DNA of 58,483 nucleotides, from contig DROW01000204.1 in the NCBI GenBank assembly GCA_011388675.1, positions 1 to 58,483 of the forward strand. The letters run 5' to 3'. The position numbers and the translations under genes are program-made. Below are positions 44,914 to 55,215 of the stretch, one piece after another. A model generated the notes under the pieces. It was not told where the DNA came from, searched no databases, and saw only the letters and a list, made by a program, of their open reading frames with translations. The stretch is from Chloroflexota bacterium (GTDB lineage: Bacteria > Chloroflexota > Anaerolineae > B4-G1 > DUEL01). The first letter of the stretch is position 1; each line of letters starts with the position of its first letter.

Positions 44914-44950
44914 AACGGCGCACGAGTCTTCGCCCGTGCGCCGTTTTCTA
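44914..44950 (+). terminator. intrinsic terminator after infA
   Basis: AACGGCGCACG - agtcttcgcc - CGTGCGCCGTT, followed by TTTC. Confidence 0.6.
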
Positions 44951-44979
44951 TCCCTCCCCCGCCCTCCGGCAATCCGCGC

Positions 44980-45008
44980 TGGACAAATTCTACGAAATCG
45001 TGTATCAT
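44980..45008 (+). promoter_or_regulatory. candidate promoter TGGACA-17-TATCAT for the M42 peptidase-atp unit
   Basis: CTGGACAAATTCTACGAAATCGTGTATCAT, 42 nt upstream of ATG 45050. Confidence 0.35.
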
Positions 45009-45049
45009 TTTCCCCGTTCGAGCGGGCCAGCGAGGCCTGAGGAGTGAGA

Positions 45050-46120
45050 ATGGACAACACCGAGCGCCTGCTGAAGGAACTAACAGAAGCCCACGGTGTC
45101 CCCGGATACGAAGAAGAGATTCGCTCCCTCGTCCGCACCTATCTTGAGCCCCTAGGCGTCATCGAGGAAGATCGGATCGGCAGCCTGATCTGCCGCCAGG
45201 GAGAGGCCGGCCCGCGGGTGATGCTAGCCGCCCATATGGATGAGATCGGGTTTATGATCCACCACATCACCGAAGAGGGGTTCCTGAAGTTCGTTCCCCT
45301 GGGCGGGTGGTGGGATCAGGTCCTCCTGGGGCAACGGGTCGTCGTGAAGACGCACAAGGGGGACGTGGTCGGCGTGATCGGGGCCAAGCCCCCTCACCTC
45401 CTGCCGCCGGACGAGCGGAAGAAAGTGGTGGAGAAGAAAGCGATGTACATCGACATCGGAGCCACCTCCAAAGAGGAGGTCGAAGCGGCTGGCGTGCGGC
45501 TGGGGGACCCGGTCGTGCCGCTGGCTCCCTTCCGCGTTCTGGCAGGAGGGAAAACCCTCCTGGGCAAGGCCTTCGACGACCGGGTCGGGTTGGCGCTGCT
45601 CATCGACGCGTTGCAACACTTCGCCCAAGCCCCCCACCCCAACGCCCTGTACGGCGTCGCCACCGTGATGGAGGAGGTCGGGCTGCGAGGGGCGAAAACC
45701 AGTGCCGAGGTCGTCAACCCCGACGTAGCCGTCATCCTGGAATCCGACATCGCGGGGGACGTGCCCGGGATTAAGCCGGAGGAGTCGGCCGTCAAGTTGG
45801 GCGGCGGGCCGACCCTGGTCCTGGTCGACGCCCAGATGATCCCCAACCTGAAACTACGGGACCTGGTGATCGAGACGGCGGAGGAACTGGACATTCCCCT
45901 CCAGTTCTCGGCCCTGCTGGGGGGCGCGACGGATGGCGGAGCGATCCACCTCCACCACACCGGCGTGCCAACCGTCGTCCTGGGAATCCCCGCCCGCCAC
46001 ATCCACAGCCACTCGGCCATCATCCACCGCGACGACTACGACCGGGCACTGCGGCTTCTGATCGCCGTGATCGAGAAACTGGATGAAGAAACGGTGGCCA
46101 GCCTGGCCCCGGCGGCGTGA
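45050..46120 (+). CDS. M42-family metallo-aminopeptidase (FrvX/PepA-like)
   Basis: LKELTEAHGVPGYEEEIR, MLAAHMDEIGFMI, KAFDDRVG and TVMEEVGLRGA. Confidence 0.85.
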   Translation: MDNTERLLKELTEAHGVPGYEEEIRSLVRTYLEPLGVIEEDRIGSLICRQGEAGPRVMLAAHMDEIGFMIHHITEEGFLKFVPLGGWWDQVLLGQRVVVKTHKGDVVGVIGAKPPHLLPPDERKKVVEKKAMYIDIGATSKEEVEAAGVRLGDPVVPLAPFRVLAGGKTLLGKAFDDRVGLALLIDALQHFAQAPHPNALYGVATVMEEVGLRGAKTSAEVVNPDVAVILESDIAGDVPGIKPEESAVKLGGGPTLVLVDAQMIPNLKLRDLVIETAEELDIPLQFSALLGGATDGGAIHLHHTGVPTVVLGIPARHIHSHSAIIHRDDYDRALRLLIAVIEKLDEETVASLAPAA

Positions 46121-46147
46121 ACACCCCAAGAAAACCTGGAGAGAGCG

Positions 46148-47812
46148 ATGGCAGGAAATCCACCCAACCAACGGATGGAAGAGATCCTCGCTACCCTGCG
46201 CGAGCGCATCGAGCAGTTCAAACCCACCGTGGAAGCGCGGGACGTCGGCACGGTCATCGAGGTGGGAGACGGGATCGCGCGCGTCTCCGGCCTCTCCAAC
46301 GTCCGGATGAGCGAACTGGTCGAGTTCCCCTCCGGCGTCCTGGGGATGGCCTTCAGCCTGGAGGTGGACAACGTCGGTATCATCGTGATGGGCGATTATA
46401 CCGACATCGAGGAGGGAGACGAGGTCCGCCGCACCGGTCGGATCGTCTCCGTGCCGGTAGGGGACGCCCTTCTGGGGCGGGTGGTCGATGCGCTGGGCCG
46501 CCCCATCGACGGCAAGGGGCCGATCCTCACCGACAAGTACCGGCCCGTCGAGCGGATCGCCCCGGGCGTGGTGGAGCGGCAGAACGTGGACACGCCGGTC
46601 CAGACCGGCATCAAGGCCATCGACGCGATGATCCCCATCGGCCGCGGACAGCGGGAGTTGATCATCGGCGACCGGCAGACCGGGAAGACGGCGATCGCCA
46701 TCGACACCATCATCAACCAGAAGGGGAAGGATCTCCTCTGCATCTACGTCGCTATCGGTCAGAAGCGGGCTCAGGTGCGGCAGGTGGTGGCGACGCTGGA
46801 GCGGTACGGCGCGATGGAGCACACGGTGGTGGTCGCGGCCACCGCCTCCGAGCCAGCCGCCCTCCAGTACATCGCCCCCTACGCCGGCTGCGCCATCGGC
46901 GAGGAGTTCATGGAGACGGGGCGGGACGCGCTGGTGATCTACGATGACCTCTCCAAGCACGCCTGGGCCTACCGGCAGGTGAGCCTCCTCCTGCGCCGTC
47001 CCCCCGGCCGGGAGGCCTACCCCGGCGACATCTTCTACCTCCACTCCCGGCTTCTGGAGCGGGCCGCCCGGCTGGCCTACCACTACATCATCGTTCCCAA
47101 GGACGCCCCCGAGGGCGTCACGGAGGGAGTAGATGGCAAGTCCTATGTCGGCCCCCTAGGTTACAAAGAGGCCGAGCAGAAACTGGCGGAGTTGGGCGAG
47201 GGGTACGAGATCCGCAAGAAGCCGGGCACCGGCGGCAGTCTCACCGCCCTGCCCATCGTGGAGACGTTGCTGGGCGACGTGACCGCCTACATCCCCACCA
47301 ACGTCATCTCCATCACCGACGGGCAGATCTATCTGGAGACCGACCTGTTCAACGCCGGCATCCGCCCGGCCATCAACGTCGGTATCTCCGTCTCCCGCGT
47401 GGGCGGCGACGCGCAGACCAAAGCGATGAAACAGGTGGCCGGCGGCCTGCGGCTGGATATGGCCAGTTACCAGGAGTTGGCCGCCTTCGCCCAGTTCGGC
47501 TCCAGCGTGGACGAGGCCACCCAACGCCGGTTGGACCGTGGGCGGAGGCTGACGGAGATCCTGAAGCAGCCGCAGTACGAACCGGTGCCGCTGGAGGAAG
47601 AGGTCATCATCATCTACGCCGGCACCCACGGCTACTGCGACCACGTGCCGGTGAGCAAGATGCGCGAGTACGAGGTAGCGCTGCTCGAGTTTATGCGCAC
47701 GGAGCATCCGGAGATCGGCACCGACATCGCCACGCGCAAGGAGATCACGGAGGAAACGGAAAAGGCGTTGCAGGCAGCGCTGGAAGAGTTCAACCGCCGG
47801 TGGAAGCCGTGA
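46148..47812 (+). CDS. atpA: F1 ATP synthase alpha subunit (with ~40-50 aa insertion)
   Basis: [18 protein letters not shown] (P-loop), [28 protein letters not shown] and [11 protein letters not shown]. It is 554 aa, versus about 500-515 aa for most homologues I recall. Confidence 0.95.
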   Translation: MAGNPPNQRMEEILATLRERIEQFKPTVEARDVGTVIEVGDGIARVSGLSNVRMSELVEFPSGVLGMAFSLEVDNVGIIVMGDYTDIEEGDEVRRTGRIVSVPVGDALLGRVVDALGRPIDGKGPILTDKYRPVERIAPGVVERQNVDTPVQTGIKAIDAMIPIGRGQRELIIGDRQTGKTAIAIDTIINQKGKDLLCIYVAIGQKRAQVRQVVATLERYGAMEHTVVVAATASEPAALQYIAPYAGCAIGEEFMETGRDALVIYDDLSKHAWAYRQVSLLLRRPPGREAYPGDIFYLHSRLLERAARLAYHYIIVPKDAPEGVTEGVDGKSYVGPLGYKEAEQKLAELGEGYEIRKKPGTGGSLTALPIVETLLGDVTAYIPTNVISITDGQIYLETDLFNAGIRPAINVGISVSRVGGDAQTKAMKQVAGGLRLDMASYQELAAFAQFGSSVDEATQRRLDRGRRLTEILKQPQYEPVPLEEEVIIIYAGTHGYCDHVPVSKMREYEVALLEFMRTEHPEIGTDIATRKEITEETEKALQAALEEFNRRWKP

Positions 47813-47822
47813 GGTCGGGGCC

Positions 47823-48731
47823 GTGGAGACACTACGCGAGATCCGACGCCGTATCCGAAGTATCCAAAACCTCTCCCAGGTAACGAGGGCACTGGAGGCG
47901 GTCTCCGCCTCCAACGTCCAGCGGGCACAAGCAGCGGTCCAGGCTACCCGGCCGTATGCCCACCGAGCCTGGGAGGTGATCGTCAACCTGTCCAGCATCC
48001 ACGGGACGCCGCTCCATCCCCTTCTGGAACACCGCGATCCACCCCGGTCGGCGTTGATCGTCCTCTTCACCAGCGACCGGGGGTTGTGCGGCGCGTACAA
48101 CACCCACATCATCGAGGTCGCCACCGACTTCGCCCGCAAACTGGGCATCCCGGTGCGATACATCGCCGTGGGACGTCGGGGGCGGGACGTGCTGTGGCGG
48201 ATGAAGGCGGACCTGGTAGCCGAGTTCACCGGCCTCCCCGCCGTGCCTGGCTTCCTCGACGTCTCCCCTGTGGCGCGGGCAGCGATCGAGGAGTTCCTCG
48301 AAGGGCGCGTTGACGAGGTCTTTCTGGCTTACACCGACTACATCAACCTGTTACGCCAGCGCCCGGTGGTTCGACGTCTGCTCCCCCTCCGACCGACCCG
48401 GCTGGACGAGCAGGCGGTCAGCGAGTACGTGGTCGACATGCAGCCCGCCCCGGTGGCCGATTACATCTACGAGCCGGACCCGGAGACGGTGCTCAGCACG
48501 GTCCTTCCCCGCTTCACCGAACTCCAGGTCTACCAGGCCGCGCTGGAGGCAGCGACCAGCGAACACGCGGCGCGACAGGTAGCGATGCGCAACGCCACCG
48601 ACAACGCGGAGGACCTGCTACGCGACCTCACGCTGACCCGCAACAAGGCCCGCCAGCGAATGATCACGCGGGAACTGCTGGACATCGCCGGCGGAGCGGA
48701 AGCGTTACGGCAGTTAGAGGAGAGACAGTAG
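47823..48731 (+). CDS. atpG: F1 ATP synthase gamma subunit
   Basis: LREIRRRIRSIQNLSQVTRALEAVSA...SDRGLCGAYN...EHAARQVAMRNATDNA...LTRNKARQRMITRELLDI. GTG start. Confidence 0.9.
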   Translation: METLREIRRRIRSIQNLSQVTRALEAVSASNVQRAQAAVQATRPYAHRAWEVIVNLSSIHGTPLHPLLEHRDPPRSALIVLFTSDRGLCGAYNTHIIEVATDFARKLGIPVRYIAVGRRGRDVLWRMKADLVAEFTGLPAVPGFLDVSPVARAAIEEFLEGRVDEVFLAYTDYINLLRQRPVVRRLLPLRPTRLDEQAVSEYVVDMQPAPVADYIYEPDPETVLSTVLPRFTELQVYQAALEAATSEHAARQVAMRNATDNAEDLLRDLTLTRNKARQRMITRELLDIAGGAEALRQLEERQ

Positions 48732-48738
48732 TCCCCGG

Positions 48739-49071
48739 ATGCAAGGGGCCGAGGTGGACAAACAGAGCACGAGGTTGGAACAGGAACTGAACCGAGTTGT
48801 GGGCCAACTGCGGGCATTGGGAGCACGCCGAATTATCCTTTTTGGCTCGCTGGCCCGCGGGCGACCGCGCCTCGGCAGCGACCTTGACTTGCTCGCGATC
48901 TTCGAAGACGGCCTTACTTTCAAAGAGAGAATGCGATACGTTTACACCCACCTGGATGCCGATGTCGATGTAGATGTGTTGGCTTATAACCGAGAGGAAT
49001 TTGAACGGTTGAAACATCGTTCGTTTTTCCGGCGCATCCTTCGAGAAGGGAAGGTGGTGTATGAGGCCTGA
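48739..49071 (+). CDS. minimal nucleotidyltransferase (MNT/MntA-like antitoxin)
   Basis: RIILFGSLARGRPRLGSDLDLLAIF (GSxxRG...DxD). The ATG is 7 nt after the atpG stop. Confidence 0.8.
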   Translation: MQGAEVDKQSTRLEQELNRVVGQLRALGARRIILFGSLARGRPRLGSDLDLLAIFEDGLTFKERMRYVYTHLDADVDVDVLAYNREEFERLKHRSFFRRILREGKVVYEA

Positions 49072-49468
49072 TCTCGAGGAAGAGGCCAGGTGGTGGCTAG
49101 CCCAGGCCCGCTCGGATTTCTCGGCGCTAGATGTGTTATTTCGAGCCGGGAAGTACGACCTGGTCTGCTTCCTTTCCCAGCAGGTTGCCGAAAAGGCCCT
49201 AAAAGCCTATCTGATCGCTCAGGGTGAGGAATTAATTCTATCCCATTCGGTCGCTCGACTTTGCTCGATGGCTGCCGAGTTCGATCCGGCGTTTTCCGAT
49301 CTTCGTAGAGAGATCAAGGCCCTGACACCCTATTACGTGGAAGCACGTTACCCAAACGCACTGGAAGAAATACCTGCGGTCTTCTTCGACGAGAACGATG
49401 CCCAAGAAGCGATGGAGATGGCCGAGAAAGCGCTCCGCTTTGTAGAACGACGGTTCGAAAAGACTTAA
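49061..49468 (+). CDS. HEPN-domain protein (partner of MNT)
   Basis: WWLAQARSDFSALDVLFRAGKYDLVCFLSQQVAEKALKAYL...LTPYYVEARYP is the HEPN-family pattern. It overlaps the MNT gene by 11 nt. Confidence 0.75.
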   Translation: MRPDLEEEARWWLAQARSDFSALDVLFRAGKYDLVCFLSQQVAEKALKAYLIAQGEELILSHSVARLCSMAAEFDPAFSDLRREIKALTPYYVEARYPNALEEIPAVFFDENDAQEAMEMAEKALRFVERRFEKT

Positions 49469-49471
49469 TAA

Positions 49472-50896
<1,425 letters not shown>

Positions 50897-50912
50897 GAAC
50901 GGGCAGGAAGCG

Positions 50913-51350
50913 ATGGGACTGCAGTTGAGCATCGTGACGCCGGAACGGGAACTGTTCGCCGGAGAGGTGGACTCCCTCCTAGCCCCTGGGAAGGACGGGG
51001 AGATGGGGGTCCTCCCTCACCACGCCCCCTTGATCGCTGTGCTGAAAGAGGGGGTGCTGATCGCGCGGCAGGGGGAGGAAGAGTTGGTCTTCGCCGTCCA
51101 CGGCGGCTATATGCAGGTGCTGCCCGACCGGGTCATCGTCCTGGCAGACGTGGCGGAGCGGGCGGAGGAGATCGATGTGGAGCGGGCAGAAGCGGCACGG
51201 CGTCGCGCCGAGGAGTTGTTGAAGAAGGAACCCCCACCCGAGGTTCGGGCGGAGGCGGCCGCCGCGCTACGCCGCTCCCTGGTGCGACTACGGGTCGCCC
51301 GCCGCCGCCGATACCGAATCGAATCGGAGAGACCGGAGCCGTCCGACTGA
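50913..51350 (+). CDS. atpC: F1 ATP synthase epsilon subunit
   Basis: LQLSIVTPERELFAGEVDSLLAPGKDGEMGVLPHHAPLIAVL... plus a C-terminal helical hairpin. Confidence 0.85.
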   Translation: MGLQLSIVTPERELFAGEVDSLLAPGKDGEMGVLPHHAPLIAVLKEGVLIARQGEEELVFAVHGGYMQVLPDRVIVLADVAERAEEIDVERAEAARRRAEELLKKEPPPEVRAEAAAALRRSLVRLRVARRRRYRIESERPEPSD

Positions 51351-51364
51351 AAACCCTCTTAAAA

Positions 51365-51389
51365 CTCTGCGCCCTCTGTGTCTCTGTGG
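51365..51389. repeat. palindromic element, right-arm-only copy
   Basis: CTCTGCGCCCTCTGTGTCTCTGTGG follows a loop-like CCCTCTTAAAA. No left arm is present (the atpC stop is at 51350). It is followed by TTATCT. Confidence 0.65.
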
Positions 51390-51413
51390 TTATCTTCCGT
51401 CGCGGAGGAGGAA

Positions 51414-52424
51414 TTGCTGGGTAAAGAGATCGGAATCGACCTGGGCACGGTCAACGTGCTCGTGTACGTCAAGGGAAAAGGGATCGTCCTGCAAGAGCCC
51501 TCGCTGGTCGCCATCTCCGTCGAGGAGGACAAGATCGTCGCCGTGGGGGAAGAGGCACGGGCGATGATGGGCCGGACGCCGGGGGCATTCGAGGTGATCC
51601 GGCCGCTGCGGGACGGCGTCATCGCCGACTACTTGGTTACCGAGCGAATGCTCTACTACTTCCTCCACAAGGCAGGGGGCCTCTCCCGACTGTTCAAACC
51701 CCGCGTGATGATCAGCGTTCCCTATGGGGTGACGAGTGTGGAGCGACGAGCGGTGCGGGAGGCCGCGCTGGACGCCGGGGCCGGACGGGCCCATCTGATC
51801 CCGGAGCCTATCGCTGCCGCCCTCGGAGCCGGCCTTCCCATCGACACACCGTCCGGCAACATGGTGGTCGACCTGGGCGGGGGAGCCAGCGAGGCGGCGG
51901 TCATCGCCGTCAACGGCATCGTCGCCGCCAACTCCGTCCGCGTGGGCGGAGTTCGGCTGGACGAGGCCATCGTGGCCTACGTCCGCCGGAAGTACAACCT
52001 GCTCATCGGTCAGCCCACCGCCGAGGAGGTCAAGATCCGCATCGGCAGCGCGCTCCCGCTGGAGGAGCCGCTGACGATGGAGGTACAGGGCCGCGACCAG
52101 GTCAGTGGGTTGCCACGGACCATCGAACTGACCTCCGATGAGGTGACCGAGGCGCTGAAGGAGCCGCTGGCAGCGATGGTCAACGTGGTCAAGGCTGTCC
52201 TGGAACGCACCCCCCCGGAACTCGCCTCCGACATCATCGAGCGGGGGATCGCCCTGGTGGGCGGCACAGCGCTACTGCGCAAGATCGACGAACTGATCTC
52301 CCAGGAAACGGGCGTGCCGGCCTGGGTGGCGGAGGCTCCGATGGCCTGCGTGGCCCTGGGCGCTGGGAAAGCGCTGGAACAGTACGAGATCCTGCGGCGG
52401 AGTATTCCGGATATGGATGCGTAG
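51414..52424 (+). CDS. mreB: rod-shape-determining protein MreB
   Basis: [44 protein letters not shown] and [14 protein letters not shown]. The start is probably TTG 51414 or CTG 51417 after GGAGGAGG. The track start at 51378 lies in the repeat. Confidence 0.85.
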   Translation: MLGKEIGIDLGTVNVLVYVKGKGIVLQEPSLVAISVEEDKIVAVGEEARAMMGRTPGAFEVIRPLRDGVIADYLVTERMLYYFLHKAGGLSRLFKPRVMISVPYGVTSVERRAVREAALDAGAGRAHLIPEPIAAALGAGLPIDTPSGNMVVDLGGGASEAAVIAVNGIVAANSVRVGGVRLDEAIVAYVRRKYNLLIGQPTAEEVKIRIGSALPLEEPLTMEVQGRDQVSGLPRTIELTSDEVTEALKEPLAAMVNVVKAVLERTPPELASDIIERGIALVGGTALLRKIDELISQETGVPAWVAEAPMACVALGAGKALEQYEILRRSIPDMDA

Positions 52425-52432
52425 GAGAAAAC

Positions 52433-52496
52433 AGGAAGCAAGGAAGTAAGGAAGCAGGGAAGCAAGGAAGCAAGGAAGCAGGGAAGCAGGGAAAAG
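52433..52496 (+). repeat. 8-bp tandem array (RGGAAGCA x8)
   Basis: AGGAAGCA AGGAAGTA AGGAAGCA GGGAAGCA AGGAAGCA AGGAAGCA GGGAAGCA GGGAAAAG. It is intergenic, between mreB and the GNAT gene. Confidence 0.9.
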
Positions 52497-52596
52497 GGGT
52501 ATGAGGTGCTGGGTGAGGATGGCTCGCCTGGCACCTTTTGCATCCTGCGTCCTGTATCTTGCTGCTCGCATTCGGTATCTTCTGCGAGGTAGGCTT

Positions 52597-53037
52597 ATGA
52601 CCGAGACCATCCGTCTTCTCACCACTGAGGATTACGACACGCTATTGGATCTGTGGCGACGGGCTGGCCTGCACTCTCTGCGCCCGAAGGGGCGGGATAG
52701 CCGGGAGGCGATCGCCCGCCAGTTGGAAAGCGGGGTGGCAGCCTTGCTGGGGCTGGAGGTGGACGGCCGGCTGGTCGGCGTGGTCCTTGCGACGCACGAC
52801 AGCCGTAAGGGATGGATCAACCGGCTGGCGGTGGACCCCGCCTACCGTCGGCGGGGATACGGCCTGCGGCTGGTCGAGGCGGCGGAGAGGTGGCTGCGGG
52901 ACCAAGGGATGCAGATCACCGCAGCCCTCGTAGAAAGCGACAACCCGGCCTCCCTCGCCCTCTTCCGGAAGGCCGGGTACGTCGAGATCGATCCGGGGAT
53001 CCACTATCTGACAAAGCGGGAAAGCCCGGAAGTGTAG
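52597..53037 (+). CDS. GNAT-family N-acetyltransferase
   Basis: MTETIRLLTTEDYDTLLDLW...RLAVDPAYRRRGYGLRLVEAAERW (acetyl-CoA motif A). Confidence 0.8.
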   Translation: MTETIRLLTTEDYDTLLDLWRRAGLHSLRPKGRDSREAIARQLESGVAALLGLEVDGRLVGVVLATHDSRKGWINRLAVDPAYRRRGYGLRLVEAAERWLRDQGMQITAALVESDNPASLALFRKAGYVEIDPGIHYLTKRESPEV

Positions 53038-53042
53038 CCGCC

Positions 53043-53996
53043 CTAACGGTATTTGTGGTACCGTTTGAATACCTCGCCGACGCTGCGTCCCTCGTGGACC
53101 CGACGGATCACCTCCCCGAGGAGCGGCGCGACGGAGAGGACCGTCAGCCGGGGTAACTGCTTCTCCGGCGGGATGGGGATCGAGTTGGTGGTGATGAACT
53201 CCTTCACGTCCAGTTCCCGCAGCCGCTCGGCAGCCGGTGGCGAGAGGACAGGGTGAGCGAAACAGACATAGATATCCCGTGCCCCGTGATCCCGCGCCGT
53301 CTTCACAGCGTTGACGATCGTGCTGCCCGTGTCCACCTCGTCGTCGACGATGACGACATCGTGCCCTGCCACCTCGCCCACGAGGGTTAGGGCCTCGGTG
53401 TCCTCCCCCACGCGACGCTTCTCCACCATCGCTAGAGGGCGTTCCAACTCCTCCGCCAGGTTCCGCGCCTTCTTGGCGAACCCCAGATCGGCCGCGACGA
53501 CCACCGCGTTCTCCAGCCGCTTCTCCCTCAGATAATCGGAAAGGATGGAGAAAGCGGTCAGCGTATCGCCCGGGATGCTGAAGAACCCCTGGATCTGATC
53601 GGCGTGAAGGTCAAGGGGGATGTACCGGTTCGCTCCGGCGATGGTGATCATATCGGCGATCAGACGAGCGGTGATCGGGACGCGCGGCTGATCTTTCTTA
53701 TCCGACCGGCCGTAGGCCAGGTAGGGGATCACCGCCGTGATTCGGTCGGGGGACGCCCGCCGCAGGGCGTCCAGAAAGATCAACAACTCCATAATGTTCT
53801 CATTGACGGGCGACGAAGTGGTCTGGATCAAGAAGACATCCTGGCCCCGAACGCTCTCGTGGAGGCGGACGAAGATGTTTTCGTTGGGGAAGCGGATGAC
53901 ATCCCGGCCGGAGAGCGGGACCCCCAGGTACTCGCTGATCTCCTGGGCAAGCGGTATGCAACCGGTTCCGCTGAACAGTTTGATCTCTCCGTGCAT
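53043..53996 (-). CDS. prs: ribose-phosphate pyrophosphokinase
   Basis: IKLFSGTGCIPLAQEI, PYLAYGRSDKK, DLHADQIQGFF and VIVDDEVDTGSTI. Confidence 0.9.
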   Translation of the reverse strand: MHGEIKLFSGTGCIPLAQEISEYLGVPLSGRDVIRFPNENIFVRLHESVRGQDVFLIQTTSSPVNENIMELLIFLDALRRASPDRITAVIPYLAYGRSDKKDQPRVPITARLIADMITIAGANRYIPLDLHADQIQGFFSIPGDTLTAFSILSDYLREKRLENAVVVAADLGFAKKARNLAEELERPLAMVEKRRVGEDTEALTLVGEVAGHDVVIVDDEVDTGSTIVNAVKTARDHGARDIYVCFAHPVLSPPAAERLRELDVKEFITTNSIPIPPEKQLPRLTVLSVAPLLGEVIRRVHEGRSVGEVFKRYHKYR

Positions 53997-54022
53997 CGTC
54001 TCCCCTTTTTGACCGAAGGTAT

Positions 54023-54562
54023 TTATCGCTGCTGTTCCTCCCACTCAGAGCGGAGGATGCTCATTATCAACTGGTCGCGATACGCTCCCTCTCGGAAGAC
54101 CATATCGCGCAGCGTCCCTTCCCGCCGGAAACCGCATTTCTCGTAGCAGCGGATGCCGCGCAGATTGTCGACGTCCACCCGCAACTGGACACGGTGGAGG
54201 TTCATCTCCTCGAACGCCACCCGCAGGAGGGTGCGGATGGCATCGGTGCCGTACCCCTGATCCCAGTACTCCTTCTCGCCGATGGCGATCCCCAGTTCCG
54301 CGTTCCGGTCCTTCCAGTTGATCCGATGCAGGCCGATGTTGCCGATATGGACCCCCTCCAGCGTCTCGATAGCCAGGACCAGGTCCTCGTTGCGGGCCAG
54401 CCGTTCCTGTAAGCGCTCAAACCACCGTTCCTCCTGGGCAAGGGAGGGGGGCAGATAGAAGGAGAGATGGCGGCGGACCTCCGGATCGCCGAACCAGCGG
54501 ACGAAGCGGGGGAGGTCTTCGCGCTCGATGGGGCGGAGCCGTACTTTTTCGCCTCGGAGCAT
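54023..54562 (-). CDS. GNAT-family acetyltransferase (RimJ/RimL-like)
   Basis: VRLRPIEREDLPRFVRWFGDPEV...YWDQGYGTDAIRTLLRVAFEEMNLHRVQLRVDVDNLRGIRCYEKCGF. Confidence 0.8.
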   Translation of the reverse strand: MLRGEKVRLRPIEREDLPRFVRWFGDPEVRRHLSFYLPPSLAQEERWFERLQERLARNEDLVLAIETLEGVHIGNIGLHRINWKDRNAELGIAIGEKEYWDQGYGTDAIRTLLRVAFEEMNLHRVQLRVDVDNLRGIRCYEKCGFRREGTLRDMVFREGAYRDQLIMSILRSEWEEQQR

Positions 54563-54591
54563 CTTCTCCTCCCGACGTTCGGGCCGGTCCC

Positions 54592-55191
54592 TTACTCGAC
54601 GAAGTGGCCCGTCTCCTCGTCGCACCGCCAGAGGCTGCCCGTGCCGAGATCGTACACCCAGCCGTGGAGCGTCAGCCGTCCTTCCCGGAGTGCCTGGGCA
54701 ACGCAGGGATAGGTACGGAGATGGCGGAGTTGGAGGCGCACATTCGCTTCGACGACGGCCCGATGACGAGCCTCACCGGTCAGATCGGGGGGGATTTCCT
54801 GCAGAGCGGGACGGATGTAGGCCAACCAGCGGGTGATGTGGGGTTCGCGGTGGGGATCGAGGGATGCATCAAGGGCGTGCACGCCCCCGCAATCCAGGTG
54901 ACCGCAGACGACGATGTGAGGGACTTTCAGGTGCACCACGGCGTATTCAATGACGGCTCCCACGGCGGATTCACCCGCGTCGGCCGGAGGGACAACGTTG
55001 GCGACGTTGCGCATCACGAAGACGTCGCCTGGCCTGGCACCCAGCACTCGGCTGGGCATCACCCGGGAGTCCGAGCAGCCGATGAAAAGCACAGAGGGGG
55101 ATTGGCCTTCTCGGGCCAGCCGTTCCATTAGACTCCACTCGCTGACAAAGGCCGCTTGCGCCGCCCGACGAGCGTTCTCGTACAGCGCCAT
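54592..55191 (-). CDS. beta-class carbonic anhydrase
   Basis: LFIGCSDSRV, FVMRNVANVV and VCGHLDCGG (Cys-His-Cys Zn ligands). Confidence 0.85.
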   Translation of the reverse strand: MALYENARRAAQAAFVSEWSLMERLAREGQSPSVLFIGCSDSRVMPSRVLGARPGDVFVMRNVANVVPPADAGESAVGAVIEYAVVHLKVPHIVVCGHLDCGGVHALDASLDPHREPHITRWLAYIRPALQEIPPDLTGEARHRAVVEANVRLQLRHLRTYPCVAQALREGRLTLHGWVYDLGTGSLWRCDEETGHFVE

Positions 55192-55215
55192 TCTGCACCT
55201 CCTCCTGCGTGGAAC

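Noticed and set aside
52433-52496. Possible CRISPR array, considered for this tandem array and for the CACAGAG palindromes
   Set aside because: The 8-bp units are directly abutting with no spacers. The palindromes are single, dispersed copies. No cas genes are in the window.
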